Origin: a virus
Lineage: Duplodnaviria; Caudoviricetes
DNA: 45,362 nucleotides
IMG/VR virus record: IMGVR_UViG_3300031566_000087
Coordinates: 1-45,362 of that record
Strand: one strand, 5' to 3'
This document shows positions 9,601 through 18,573 of this stretch, piece after piece. The notes under the pieces were generated by a model. The model saw only the letters and a program-made list of their open reading frames with translations. It ran no database searches and was not told where the DNA came from. The stretch's first letter is position 1; each line of letters starts with the position of its first letter. The translations under genes were made by a program, and so were the position numbers.

Positions 9601-10041
9601 GCCGTTCGTTCGGCGCTGTTCGAGTACTACCTCTACAGCGAGGAGGAGGATCGCGGCAAGCTGTTGGACGAGATGCACAATGCAGGTCTCTCACCGAGTG
9701 CTTTGGCGAAAGAGTTGTCTGTTGGTGACAAGACTGTTGGTGGGGCGCTCGGCTACAAGGTCGAGGCCAAGAAGACTGAGACGAAGGGGCCGGAGGCTTT
9801 GGGTGGCATCGTCACAGGTATTAGCAATGGGCTCGCCAATGTGCGGGCCGCAGCTGGCGAGGGTCTGACATCCATCGGTACGGGCGAGGTCATCGTTCCC
9901 AAGGGCGGCACACTTGCGGGAGCCGGAGGCGGCGGGGCAACTCGTGTGGAGATTTCTGTTCAGCGTGGGTTCGAGCAGTTCATCCGGGCCACCGTGACTG
10001 AAGAGATCCAGAACTTCAAGTCGAGGGAGAGGTTTGGCTGA
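6634..10041 (+). CDS. Tail tape measure protein
   Basis: 1135 aa, A/G/K/M-rich and helical. Hydrophobic stretch MAPILQIVGKLGPLIGTLSSLLMAVVKVLI and C-terminal ALGGIV...GEVIVP motif. Canonical position. Confidence 0.88.
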   Translation: MADEVVTLGVEIEVDKAVKHMMTFERQMKRKMDNITKAVGNLGHQNARVLGKAIELSEDWMDETDKLILTQKKEFSALVDLGGQIEAMEVQVGKLSGTQKKAAQENLNRMKKQGKSQAQALAKGLGKKGAFVKVTGEINEAIKKGIEAASPAVTSFFGKDLKGTIEGTMSFAGKALSKSIEGAGIASALGGGFLSKKGAKLSGKGKERGGVGGGAMKAGGAAMKGLGSVMSKMAPILQIVGKLGPLIGTLSSLLMAVVKVLIDAEAQAKAFNKEILASASSAEFLARSGGNANDAYDELSNTMDQLRDSAYSLENLEWGISVDEHKQVLNVLTQEGVAIGHIKAEAGDGAGAVGKFATELSHVSVAYSRAFGVPLQEINQMQAEMMNSMGMNLESTKLAFEQMNRAAGDSGISANKFFGMIRGVSQDLSLYNVRMEQSVKLLKMLGKVMDPRNAQKFMQGVIGTMKNMSQDDRLKVALLAGGKGKAIVQKDLANKRKNLQADIGKAIGMEADAVGKELADPAKAKALWAKIGKKAPGKLGALKESSIELKIDETASKKGVYGQAFAMENMGVGGQLEMMQAALAGWGGGKTLTEGAGSLGMTKMAENMGIGTEQLRGMMKLEQAVKEEKAALLAAAKTDEEKAKINAMGTQDIIDGMSKEEQKVLKEGTKSTLDFAKQQGQLTQSLLDKLSVLVDFVMNQLYNVFIDIWTDIGAILTKFGIGEAEGTRELKTQVARSKNADIQKALSDATSSSGAINESEFRGNALTNTGAYSGVAEAMKNWQGVESGGGPQERAATNKAMEELSRVLYTGLSNIDPKELKNAVNGAGLGPQVEAAINKGLDEGKSLESALRGAGAGKETQAKVMSEAVRYLPSSALIQGGIGEKLATAGKGVGQARVAGAKGDRKAFDDYQKLDGPRAPGDMAPDFSGFDESKAAASIQSTAEDAKKTAEKTAQFADDGHKDGSIYVKYGTSFLQGKYKKTIEEAVLDAVRSALFEYYLYSEEEDRGKLLDEMHNAGLSPSALAKELSVGDKTVGGALGYKVEAKKTETKGPEALGGIVTGISNGLANVRAAAGEGLTSIGTGEVIVPKGGTLAGAGGGGATRVEISVQRGFEQFIRATVTEEIQNFKSRERFG

Positions 10042-10874
10042 TGCCTAGGATCCCTTCTGCCAACCCCGACTTTGAGCGGATCTCTGCTCCGGGCCATCCC
10101 CAGTACCGTCATCCGATCGACACACGAGGGTTCAACAAACCTGACCTGCCGATCCCAATGGCGTTCCAGATCACCAGTCCGTTCAACAGGTGGAAGGCGC
10201 TCCTTCCCCACGCCCTCGTTCTACACATCAACCCGTCAAGCCTCAGCGAGAGCCACAACCAGAAGGTCGAGCGCTTTCAAACACGAGGGGGCTTCGTGGA
10301 GCAGCATTGGGGGCAGGACCTCATCGAGATCAGTGCCGACCAGTCCACTGGGGCCTTCATGAATATCCGCACCGGCCTCACGTCGGTGCTCCGCCAGCGG
10401 ACCATCGCCTGGGACCGCTTCCGCGATCTGCACGACCTCTTCCGCAACAACGGGTCAGTTCACGACCCCTTCGGCAACATCGTTCTCCAGGGGCTCGTCC
10501 TCCTCATGTACGATCGGGGTCTCTTCTTTGGGTCCTTCCGTTCGTTCGAGTGGGAGGACACCGAGGAATCCCCGTTCGCCTTCAAGCTGAATTGGAGTTT
10601 CAAGGTCGAGCACATCGTGATGAACGTTGACGTGACTCGATCAGCTGTTGGGTATCCGGCTCCGGCCTTTCAGAAGATCAACCCGTCCACGACCGTCGCT
10701 GAGGAGGGTGCTGTCTTTTCGAGCGTCAACAGCGAGTCTCAGAAGATCATCAATGTTGGAAAGGAAGCGGCGGACGCACAAGCGGCGGATAACGCTGCCG
10801 CCGCCGCTGCCGCCGCTGCTGCCGTTGGGGGTCTCCCTGGTGTTGCGACGGGTGTTGTTGTCGGAGGTGGGTGA
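10041..10874 (+). CDS. Tube-fold baseplate / tail tube initiator protein (T4 gp48/gp54-like role)
   Basis: Directly follows the tape measure. LHINPSSLSESHNQK...QTRGGFVEQHWG...FGSFRSFEWEDTEESPFAFKLNWSFKV. Confidence 0.75.
   Translation: MPRIPSANPDFERISAPGHPQYRHPIDTRGFNKPDLPIPMAFQITSPFNRWKALLPHALVLHINPSSLSESHNQKVERFQTRGGFVEQHWGQDLIEISADQSTGAFMNIRTGLTSVLRQRTIAWDRFRDLHDLFRNNGSVHDPFGNIVLQGLVLLMYDRGLFFGSFRSFEWEDTEESPFAFKLNWSFKVEHIVMNVDVTRSAVGYPAPAFQKINPSTTVAEEGAVFSSVNSESQKIINVGKEAADAQAADNAAAAAAAAAAVGGLPGVATGVVVGGG
10794..10823 (+). repeat. GCC/GCT trinucleotide run encoding 10 alanines
   Basis: GCTGCCGCCGCCGCTGCCGCCGCTGCTGCC in the low-complexity tail of the ORF. Confidence 0.8.
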
Positions 10875-12772
10875 TGGCGGTTCCTGACGCACGTATTTTC
10901 AAACAGGTCGAGGCTACAGCGGACGTCTATCCGCCGACGACCTACGTTGACCTGTTGAGCTATTACAGCGACCTCACGGTCGGAGCTGACGCCGCTTCAG
11001 GTGAGTTCATTCCCCTCACCCAGGTTCAGAACTCGCAGCGTGCTGATGGGCACATCCTTTTTGCGATTGGGGTCATCCCACCTGCGGTGAAGATCACGGG
11101 GCGGTTGCTCGATCGGAGTGCGTCTTCCCTTGATGAGATCCCGTTCATCGAGTCCAACGAAACGGTACCTGAGAAAGCCGCGGAACCATCCGCGATAGCG
11201 GGTGGCTGCGGTCAGGGTTTTGCTGACATCATCATCGATGACCAGTTCTGGATCGATTACGTCTGCATGTGCAAGCGTATGGGAGTCGAGCCTGAAGAGC
11301 TGGCCAAGGTCATCAACAAGGAGTCGGGTTGGAACCCTAACGCCCACAACGCCTCAAACAGTAACTCCGCCAAGGGTCTTTCGCAGCTTGTCAAGAGAAC
11401 AGCGACCAACCGGCTCGTTAAGATGACCGATGAAGAATGGGACAATTACGAGTGTATGAAAGGCAGCGATCAGCTGCCTTTCATAGAGAAGTCGTTCGGC
11501 CGATCCGTTCGAGGTCGGAAGGCGGGGGATATTTACGCCGCCAACGCAGGAGGTCTCTCGCTTGGCAGGTTCTACCCTACGAGGGGGTACATGTCGGCGG
11601 ACTACATCGACAAGTATCTCAGCGCAGATGACAAGGCGGAGCTGGAGGATATCATCAAGTCTCAGGGGAAGACTCTTGCTTGGATGGACAAGGCCTACAG
11701 GGATAACAAGGAAGTCGACCTAAAAGATGGCGACGCTGACGGCGTTCTTGGGAAAGAAGACCTCGCCAGACGTGTTTCCAAGCCCCTACGATTCGATGTC
11801 GCCAAGGCTATCGAGCGAGGAAAGGCGGCAGCGTCGAGCCAGTGTGCATCGGGCAGCAACGGCGGCGTTGGCGGGGGCGGCAACAACAACAACTGGTCGG
11901 GGCCCGGCAAGGAAGCCGCCGAAAAAGCCAACATGGAGGCTGCGAAGCTTGCCGAGACGGGCCTCAACTACTCCGAGAAGGGTCAGAAGTTCTTGGCGGC
12001 CCAGGCGGCCCAGGTCAAGGCTCTCTACGCGGCTGTCCAGAAGATGAAGAAGACCCCGCCGCTACGGCTGTTGGTCAACCCCGACAAGTTCGGAGTCAAG
12101 GGGGAGAAGATCGTCGCGGATGGCAATTGGAGTCGCAACGGGCCCATCGTAGAGCACTGGGGCGACAACCAGGACACCATCAGTGGCTCGGGCAAGCTCG
12201 CTGGGTTCTTTGCGATGGACACCAAGAATGCCAGCGCCCCCGGGCTTACGCGGTACGCTCGGAACCTTTCCGAGTCCTGGCAGAACCTTCAGTCGCTCTT
12301 CCTGCTCTACAAGAACAACGGTGCGATTTACCTGCCTGAGATCCTGGGGAGCACGGGTGGCCCTCAAAACCTCTCGATGCTGGGTTCCATCTACATCTAC
12401 TACGACAACATTCTCTACATCGGGAGCTTCAGCAGTTTCAACCTCTCAGAGGAAGACACCAAGCCCTTCACGGCCAACTACTCTTTCGAGTTCACAGTTC
12501 GAGCAGCGTTCGTCCTTGATCGTACGGACGATGACTTCACCTACGGCGCTCCGCAGCTGTTCCCCAGGGATATTCCTGGCACATTGGCCCCGACAAATCA
12601 GAGTCCTACTGCTAATGTGGGCGGTCAGGAAGTGAAGCCTGGGGAGACGCAGCCACCAGCGCCTGCGCCACCTCTGTTTTCCGACTCCCCTAATGCCCCC
12701 AACTTCGGGATTCCTGATCCCCAAGCCCAGCCTCCACCTCCACCAGCAGACTCGCCGGTTGTCGTACCCTGA
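10874..12772 (+). CDS. Baseplate protein: lytic transglycosylase (SLT/lysozyme-like) domain plus a tube-fold domain (alternative start GTG 10871)
   Basis: MGVEPEELAKVINKESGWNPNAHN...AKGLSQL matches SLT motifs I (catalytic ES) and II (GLxQ). The C-terminal LLVNP...VEHWG...YKNNG...YIGSFSSF...PF domain is paralogous to the preceding gene. Confidence 0.82.
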   Translation: MAVPDARIFKQVEATADVYPPTTYVDLLSYYSDLTVGADAASGEFIPLTQVQNSQRADGHILFAIGVIPPAVKITGRLLDRSASSLDEIPFIESNETVPEKAAEPSAIAGGCGQGFADIIIDDQFWIDYVCMCKRMGVEPEELAKVINKESGWNPNAHNASNSNSAKGLSQLVKRTATNRLVKMTDEEWDNYECMKGSDQLPFIEKSFGRSVRGRKAGDIYAANAGGLSLGRFYPTRGYMSADYIDKYLSADDKAELEDIIKSQGKTLAWMDKAYRDNKEVDLKDGDADGVLGKEDLARRVSKPLRFDVAKAIERGKAAASSQCASGSNGGVGGGGNNNNWSGPGKEAAEKANMEAAKLAETGLNYSEKGQKFLAAQAAQVKALYAAVQKMKKTPPLRLLVNPDKFGVKGEKIVADGNWSRNGPIVEHWGDNQDTISGSGKLAGFFAMDTKNASAPGLTRYARNLSESWQNLQSLFLLYKNNGAIYLPEILGSTGGPQNLSMLGSIYIYYDNILYIGSFSSFNLSEEDTKPFTANYSFEFTVRAAFVLDRTDDDFTYGAPQLFPRDIPGTLAPTNQSPTANVGGQEVKPGETQPPAPAPPLFSDSPNAPNFGIPDPQAQPPPPPADSPVVVP

Positions 12773-12781
12773 GTAGCCCAT

Positions 12782-15700
12782 ATGCCCCGCGGACCATTCC
12801 AAGGAACTTGGCGACAAGGTATGCGCCCAACGGTGGTGCAGGCCCCAGATGCTCTTGTCTTCATCAACGGCGAGCAGGACATCTTGGGTTGCCCCGCGTG
12901 TCGTCGTCGGATGGATTTCAACAAGTTCATCACGTCGGTCCAGGTAGACCTCGGTATCGACAGCGTGCCGGGTTCGGCCAGCATCAACATGTCGATCCCC
13001 CGTCATACTGTTGACGACTTCTTCTTCGACGGTAACCCCATCATCACTCCCATGATGGAGATCGAAATCTTCGCCAAGGGGTTCTTCGCTGTCGAGGGGG
13101 TTCCGCAGTACTACCCCATCTTCTGGGGTATGACGACGGAGGTCAGCGATTCCTACTCAGGCGGTGAGCACTCGGTCAGCATCAACTGCTCTGACATCCT
13201 CAAGTGGTGGGAGCTGTGCAAAATGAATATCAACCCGGCCTTCACACAGGCCTCGGGTAAGCTGGGACGTAGCCTTTTCGGCAATGTGCTCTTCGGCATG
13301 AACCCCTACGACATCATCTGGACGATGGCCCAGCAGTCGTTTGGGGATGTGGTGGTCGGGTCGGGGTCGCTCATCAGCCTCTACAAGGAGAACTCCCAGA
13401 AGGCGACCTTCAACCACGCCTTGACGGACATGATGCTCTATTGGGAACAGCGCTTCAGTCGCATCCGCTCGAACCTGCTCATGTACGGGACTCAAGGGAA
13501 CGCTGTCCGTGGCGACGTCCTCTACTCACAATACACGCGAGCTGGCCCAGGACAGCCCTCCAGCAAAGGCTCGTCGAAGGGCGCCTACCCGTTCGCCTCT
13601 GGTGCTGTTCGAAAAGCCAACGGTGGAGCTAGCGGTTCACAGATGGTCTACGACCCGACCGACTCAAACGTGGTCGCCTTTCGTACCCAGTTTTCAGCAG
13701 CGGGCCAGGTCAACTTCTGGACGAGCGAGTATCAGACCAAGTTGGAGATCGCTCAGTCCGCCAAGGAGGCGATCGGGTTCGAGTTCTACATGGATGTGAC
13801 CGGCGACATCGTGTTCAAGCCGCCGTTCTACAATCTCGACGTCCTCTCCAACAAGCCGGTGAGCTGGATCCAGGACATCGACATCATCGACTGGGATCTG
13901 TCGGAGTCGGAGGGCGAGGTTGTCACTCAGATCCAGGTCCAAGGGTCGTTCGGCGGTAACATCGACTACGGGTTTGGCGAAGAGGCCACCCCCTTCACGA
14001 GCGTCACGGACTACCACCTGCTTCGTAAGTACGGCTGGCGAACGCAGACCTACAACTCGGAGTTCTTGGGTGCTCCGATCTACATGTTCTACACAGGGCT
14101 CGACCTCCTAGACCGCTACAACAGCAAGCGGCATCGAGGGACGGTCAACATCCCGATGCGGCCTGAACTACGACTCGGGTTCCCCATCTACCTCGCTCCC
14201 AAAGACCAGATTTGGTACATCGCAGGGATCAGTCACAACCTCACGTACGGCGGCCGGGCTACAACCTCTCTGGCTTTGACAGCCAAGCGGAGCAAGTTTG
14301 TAGCTCCCAAGGGGATCGGACGCATCAAGCTCACTGGTTACAAGGGTCCGAAGGCCGCGGCAGCAACTCCCGTAACATCGACGCTTGATCCAAAGATTAA
14401 GCTGCTGACCTCCAAGCAGCTCGCGGCTGGCGGAACGTTCAGTGCCAGTGTTGGTGACGCGGCTCAGCTTCCTCCGGTCAATGCCCCACCCTCAGGTGAT
14501 CCTAAGGATAACCCCTACGCTCCGATTGTGGTGCGGCATCCAAAGACAGGTCGCGTTGTGGGGTACCCCAACGTGATCATGGCCTATACCAGGCCCTTTG
14601 TTCCGACGGCTGACGACCTTTCAGCTCTGGCCGGACAAAAGGGGGGTAACAAGGGCGCCCGTAGCGGTGCTGTGAAGTCACTCCACAAGAACGCCGACGA
14701 TGAGCATCGCAAAGACATTGCGAAGCTCAACAACATCTATCACACGGCCCAGACTGATGACGCGGTTCGTGAAAAGTACATGAACAACCGCTACAACTAC
14801 GGACTCAATTCCGCGGGTGTCTACGTGTACTTGCACGACGAGAGTCAGGTGATCCGTGAGTTCATCTTGTTGCCGGCGAAGAACATCACTTATGAGGGCC
14901 TCGGCCCCGAAGAAGCCCTCCAGAAGCAGTTTTCGGGCAACACTGGAATGATGCGACCGGTCTCCGATGAGCGAGGCTTTGAGGTCATCGGACACTTCAA
15001 GTACGGTCGCGGCGTCGGACTTCGAGACGGCTCTCTCGTTCTCAATGCAGAGGACAACAAGGACAACTCGCGAGCCCAAGTGTCTCCCCAACTCACGCTT
15101 TCCGGGGAGCTGTTCGACACGCTCCAGGCACAGTCGGCGGGGCTTGGGACCACCTCGTCGGACTACCCCAATCCTGCGGAGGCTGTGACCAGGCTCTCTC
15201 CTGAGGATCTTCAAACAGCGGCGGTGTGGAACCCTGAGACGGGGAAGCCGGAGTTCAAAAACGACGGCACCAACTTCGTAGACACAGCACCCTTGGGGTC
15301 CCCTGAACAAGCAGGGTCGACCAACTCCACTGTGATCGCGGACGTGGAAGCGTCCCAGCTCTCGCGTGCTCTCACGCTTGCTGAGATGCAGGTCCGTGAC
15401 GGGGAACTATCGGTGAACTCGGACTGTGCTTGTGTCCTAGGTCGAGCGGATCTGGCGTTCATCAACGTCGGCTACCAGGTCAAAACGCTCAGCGCATCGG
15501 GGGCGGTGAACACCAACTTGGCACCCCAAGGCCCAGGCCCTGAGGAGGTCGCGGCTAACGCGGCACTCGTCGAGAAGGCTACCGAACTAGCCAAAGCGCA
15601 ATATGCACTTGATGTTCAAACGGGCAACTTGGACCTCGTGGACAAGGATGGCAACAAGACGGGAGGTGTTATTTCGGAGGAGGCCTTCGTTTCTCAGGCC

Positions 15701-16372
15701 GTTGATATCGCAAAGCACGAGTCGGGGGTCGCTACGGACGAGGCGGGAGTCGCTGTGAACCAGGCCGTTGCCGATGGTGGCCCCATCACGGACGCGGTCC
15801 TCACAACTGCGGACACACTTGCAAGGGTCGACGGGTTCCTTGTGAACCTCTACGAAGCGCTCGACTCGTCCCACCAAGGATATGAGCAAGCTCTCCGTGG
15901 TGAACTACTAAACGTTCCGGCGGTCGACGTCCAAGCTGTCCGGTTTGGGGTTGAGAGCACTGGAGGATTCGAGCCTCCCTTCTCTGTGGGTGGTCGTGCT
16001 CTTGGTGGTGATCCTGAGGCGATTGCCAAGGCGGGGGCTCAGGCGATCGACGACATCGAGAAGTCGTGGAACGAGTTCAGCGACAAGCTCAAGGCCAACA
16101 CTGAACGGACCCGGCTTGAGGAGGATATCAAGCGGCTCAAGAAGAAGCTCGGCGAACTCGTCGAGGAGTGCGAGAGGTTGGAGAGATCCTTCGACGAGTT
16201 CGGTCAGCAAATCTCGGTCACTGCCCAACTCAACCTGCTCGATCCTGACGTGCCAAGCGTCAGCACCCAGCTGAAGTCTTGCAAGGAGGAGCTGGACAAG
16301 GTCAAGCAGGACCTTCTCAAGGCCCAGCAGGACCTCAACGCCCACAACAACAAGTACCCAACGGCTCCTTGA
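12782..16372 (+). CDS. Baseplate hub protein (T4 gp27 / Mu gp44 / P2 gpD-like) with a long C-terminal extension
   Basis: ITSVQVD...GSASI...PMMEIEIF...FWG...SINCSDIL; EFYMDVTGDIVFKPPFY; KYGWR; GTVNIPMRPELRLGFP...WYIAGISHNL...TTSLALT. Precedes the spike. Confidence 0.85.
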   Translation: MPRGPFQGTWRQGMRPTVVQAPDALVFINGEQDILGCPACRRRMDFNKFITSVQVDLGIDSVPGSASINMSIPRHTVDDFFFDGNPIITPMMEIEIFAKGFFAVEGVPQYYPIFWGMTTEVSDSYSGGEHSVSINCSDILKWWELCKMNINPAFTQASGKLGRSLFGNVLFGMNPYDIIWTMAQQSFGDVVVGSGSLISLYKENSQKATFNHALTDMMLYWEQRFSRIRSNLLMYGTQGNAVRGDVLYSQYTRAGPGQPSSKGSSKGAYPFASGAVRKANGGASGSQMVYDPTDSNVVAFRTQFSAAGQVNFWTSEYQTKLEIAQSAKEAIGFEFYMDVTGDIVFKPPFYNLDVLSNKPVSWIQDIDIIDWDLSESEGEVVTQIQVQGSFGGNIDYGFGEEATPFTSVTDYHLLRKYGWRTQTYNSEFLGAPIYMFYTGLDLLDRYNSKRHRGTVNIPMRPELRLGFPIYLAPKDQIWYIAGISHNLTYGGRATTSLALTAKRSKFVAPKGIGRIKLTGYKGPKAAAATPVTSTLDPKIKLLTSKQLAAGGTFSASVGDAAQLPPVNAPPSGDPKDNPYAPIVVRHPKTGRVVGYPNVIMAYTRPFVPTADDLSALAGQKGGNKGARSGAVKSLHKNADDEHRKDIAKLNNIYHTAQTDDAVREKYMNNRYNYGLNSAGVYVYLHDESQVIREFILLPAKNITYEGLGPEEALQKQFSGNTGMMRPVSDERGFEVIGHFKYGRGVGLRDGSLVLNAEDNKDNSRAQVSPQLTLSGELFDTLQAQSAGLGTTSSDYPNPAEAVTRLSPEDLQTAAVWNPETGKPEFKNDGTNFVDTAPLGSPEQAGSTNSTVIADVEASQLSRALTLAEMQVRDGELSVNSDCACVLGRADLAFINVGYQVKTLSASGAVNTNLAPQGPGPEEVAANAALVEKATELAKAQYALDVQTGNLDLVDKDGNKTGGVISEEAFVSQAVDIAKHESGVATDEAGVAVNQAVADGGPITDAVLTTADTLARVDGFLVNLYEALDSSHQGYEQALRGELLNVPAVDVQAVRFGVESTGGFEPPFSVGGRALGGDPEAIAKAGAQAIDDIEKSWNEFSDKLKANTERTRLEEDIKRLKKKLGELVEECERLERSFDEFGQQISVTAQLNLLDPDVPSVSTQLKSCKEELDKVKQDLLKAQQDLNAHNNKYPTAP

Positions 16373-18573
16373 TGAAGCTCAAGCAACACCCTCGGTTGCC
16401 CTCCGGTAAGGTACGGGGCAAAGATTTCGTCGACACCGGCGATTTGATGGGCCTGAAGATCGGTCTCCTCGTGCGTATCGACGAGATCAACATGAAGGCC
16501 GACATCAAGATCATCACGGGCGGCGGGGACCGTTTTGAGATCGACCTGACCCAAGGGATGTACGGGCCCCGAAGCTTTTGGGGCGGTTGCCCTGAAGCCG
16601 GATCGCTCGTCATCGTCGGCTACCGCCGGACGCAGAAGCAGCTCTCGGAGGCGGTCATCCTTGGGTACCTCCCCATGGTGAACAAGACAGGTGCCCGGTT
16701 TGACCCCTGGAGTCCGATCGACCTCAACGAGCTAGATCCCGCTGACAAGGCTGAGGCGCAAAGCATTCTTGGAGGGGTCCGCCGCTTCAAACGGTTGATG
16801 CTCAAGTGTGGGGATGTCGGTGGCATGTCCGCAGCCGGCGCTGAGTTCATCCTCAGTCGCGATGTCACGATGACCAACCGAGCAGGAGACTGCTTTGAGC
16901 TACGGGACGATGAGCGATCCGTGGTGATGTCATCCATCCACAAGTTCGAAGCTCAGTCTGGGGTGCGGCGTATCGCTGGACCGATTCGTCGAACAGCCTT
17001 CTACCTTCCTGACGACCTCTTCTCCGACACGGAGGCTAAGCAGCTTCGAACGCAGCTCACGAACAACACCGACCCGCTGACGTACTTCGGCACCGACGAG
17101 CTACAAGCGGCTGGCCCTGGCGTGCAGGGCAGTGCCCTGAAGTTTGCCAACAGCTCGGGAGTGGCCTCTGACCTGTTCAACAACTTCACCAACTTCCCAG
17201 CGGCGGTGTTGCCCAATGGGCGTCGGGCTCACTACCCGCCCACCGTTCGAGGAGGCAAGCTCAACCTCGACCCTGAAGACCCGTCCTATGCGTTCACTGA
17301 GGACCGGTTCGAGATGTTCTACACCAGCGACCTAACCCAAGAGGTCCTGGAAGAAGTCGACGGGTTCACGGCTGTGAGCGACCGCCGACCCGTGTACATC
17401 GAGCGTGTTCTTGGAACCGTCGTCGGCAACGATATGAACTCCAACGCGGGGCAGCGCCAGTACGGCAAGATCCTCAAGCCGTTGCTGTTCAAGGACTTCC
17501 AGCAGCTGACCCCTGGGAGCTTCACGCTCAACGAGGTCAACCGGAATCCTGTTGGGACCGACAACGAGAAGGACACCTCGGCCGCCGCTGCCATGCTCCG
17601 CATCCGGCCCGCGGCCCAGGTCAGCAACCAGAACTTCGTGGCCGCGGTGACCAAGCAGGGTAAGCTCTTGCTCAACATCCCGCAGAGCACTGTCGAGGAG
17701 CAACAGTCGAGCCATATTTCGGCGGAGATGAACCTCGAAGGGGCCCTCAAGGCATTCATCGGGGCGTCCTCCCCGGACAACATCTCGGCTCACATCACAT
17801 GTGCCGGCGGCGTTCACCTCAATGTGGGACGAGACGCCCAGGGCAACGCCCTCACCCTCAAGTTCAGCTCTGCCACGAAGTCGCTCTATGAGGGCAACCC
17901 CAACGAGGACGACGTCTCCCGAAGCGTGGAGATCAAAGGGGTAGACGAGAAGGTCGTGACCGGAGCGGAGCGGAAGACCATCCAGGGCCGCAAGGACACT
18001 TTCGTTTCAGGTCAGGTCGCCATGCGGTGTGACTCCATCTCGACCAACGCCTTCCAGGGCTACACGCTCAATGCTGGCGAGAAGAACGAGATGATCTCAG
18101 GTAAGAGCCAGCTTCAGTATGCCCTGGCAGTCATCTCGACCATCGTGGCTGGCGGTGAGGTCAAGACCATCCTTGCCGGCGCCATGGCAACTACGCTGGC
18201 GGCTGGCGCTCTGTCGTACACAGTGGCTGCTGGAGCCACCGCCTTCAGTAACCCGGCTGGCGCTTTCAACATCACGGTGGGGACAGGTGCCCTGGCTGCA
18301 ACGACGGCCTCGGGAGCGGTGACGCTCTCCACAGGAGCTGGAGCCCTAGCTCTCACCGCGGGTGGCGGAGCCATCGCCATCACAGCCGGCGCAGCTTTGA
18401 CCCTGACCGCCGCGGCCACTTGTGCAGTCATCGCTCCGCTCATCCTTCTGGGAGGCCCCTCGGCAGTCCTGGGTGTGGTACGAGGGATCCCGGCGATGCC
18501 GCCGGGGACCCCAACCCTCGACTACATCACAGGCCTCCCACTTCTAGGATCTTTGACGGTCCTTTCGAACTGA
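16372..18573 (+). CDS. Central spike protein (P2 gpV / T4 gp5 / VgrG-like OB-fold plus beta-helix)
   Basis: Start inferred from the TGATG overlap with the hub stop. N-terminal OB-fold pattern (GLLVRIDEINMKADI...GGCPEAGSLVIVGY) and C-terminal Gly-anchored beta-strand repeats. Confidence 0.8.
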   Translation: MKLKQHPRLPSGKVRGKDFVDTGDLMGLKIGLLVRIDEINMKADIKIITGGGDRFEIDLTQGMYGPRSFWGGCPEAGSLVIVGYRRTQKQLSEAVILGYLPMVNKTGARFDPWSPIDLNELDPADKAEAQSILGGVRRFKRLMLKCGDVGGMSAAGAEFILSRDVTMTNRAGDCFELRDDERSVVMSSIHKFEAQSGVRRIAGPIRRTAFYLPDDLFSDTEAKQLRTQLTNNTDPLTYFGTDELQAAGPGVQGSALKFANSSGVASDLFNNFTNFPAAVLPNGRRAHYPPTVRGGKLNLDPEDPSYAFTEDRFEMFYTSDLTQEVLEEVDGFTAVSDRRPVYIERVLGTVVGNDMNSNAGQRQYGKILKPLLFKDFQQLTPGSFTLNEVNRNPVGTDNEKDTSAAAAMLRIRPAAQVSNQNFVAAVTKQGKLLLNIPQSTVEEQQSSHISAEMNLEGALKAFIGASSPDNISAHITCAGGVHLNVGRDAQGNALTLKFSSATKSLYEGNPNEDDVSRSVEIKGVDEKVVTGAERKTIQGRKDTFVSGQVAMRCDSISTNAFQGYTLNAGEKNEMISGKSQLQYALAVISTIVAGGEVKTILAGAMATTLAAGALSYTVAAGATAFSNPAGAFNITVGTGALAATTASGAVTLSTGAGALALTAGGGAIAITAGAALTLTAAATCAVIAPLILLGGPSAVLGVVRGIPAMPPGTPTLDYITGLPLLGSLTVLSN

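Noticed and set aside
10794-10823. Poly-Ala trinucleotide tract as a phase-variation switch
   Set aside because: The unit length is 3 with mixed codons, so slippage would not shift the frame; it lies in a low-complexity tail.
16279-16371. Longer spike start given in the ORF track (also 18420 for the next gene)
   Set aside because: These overlap the upstream genes by about 90-150 nt with no RBS. The TGATG-coupled ATGs at 16372 and 18573 fit the operon pattern better.
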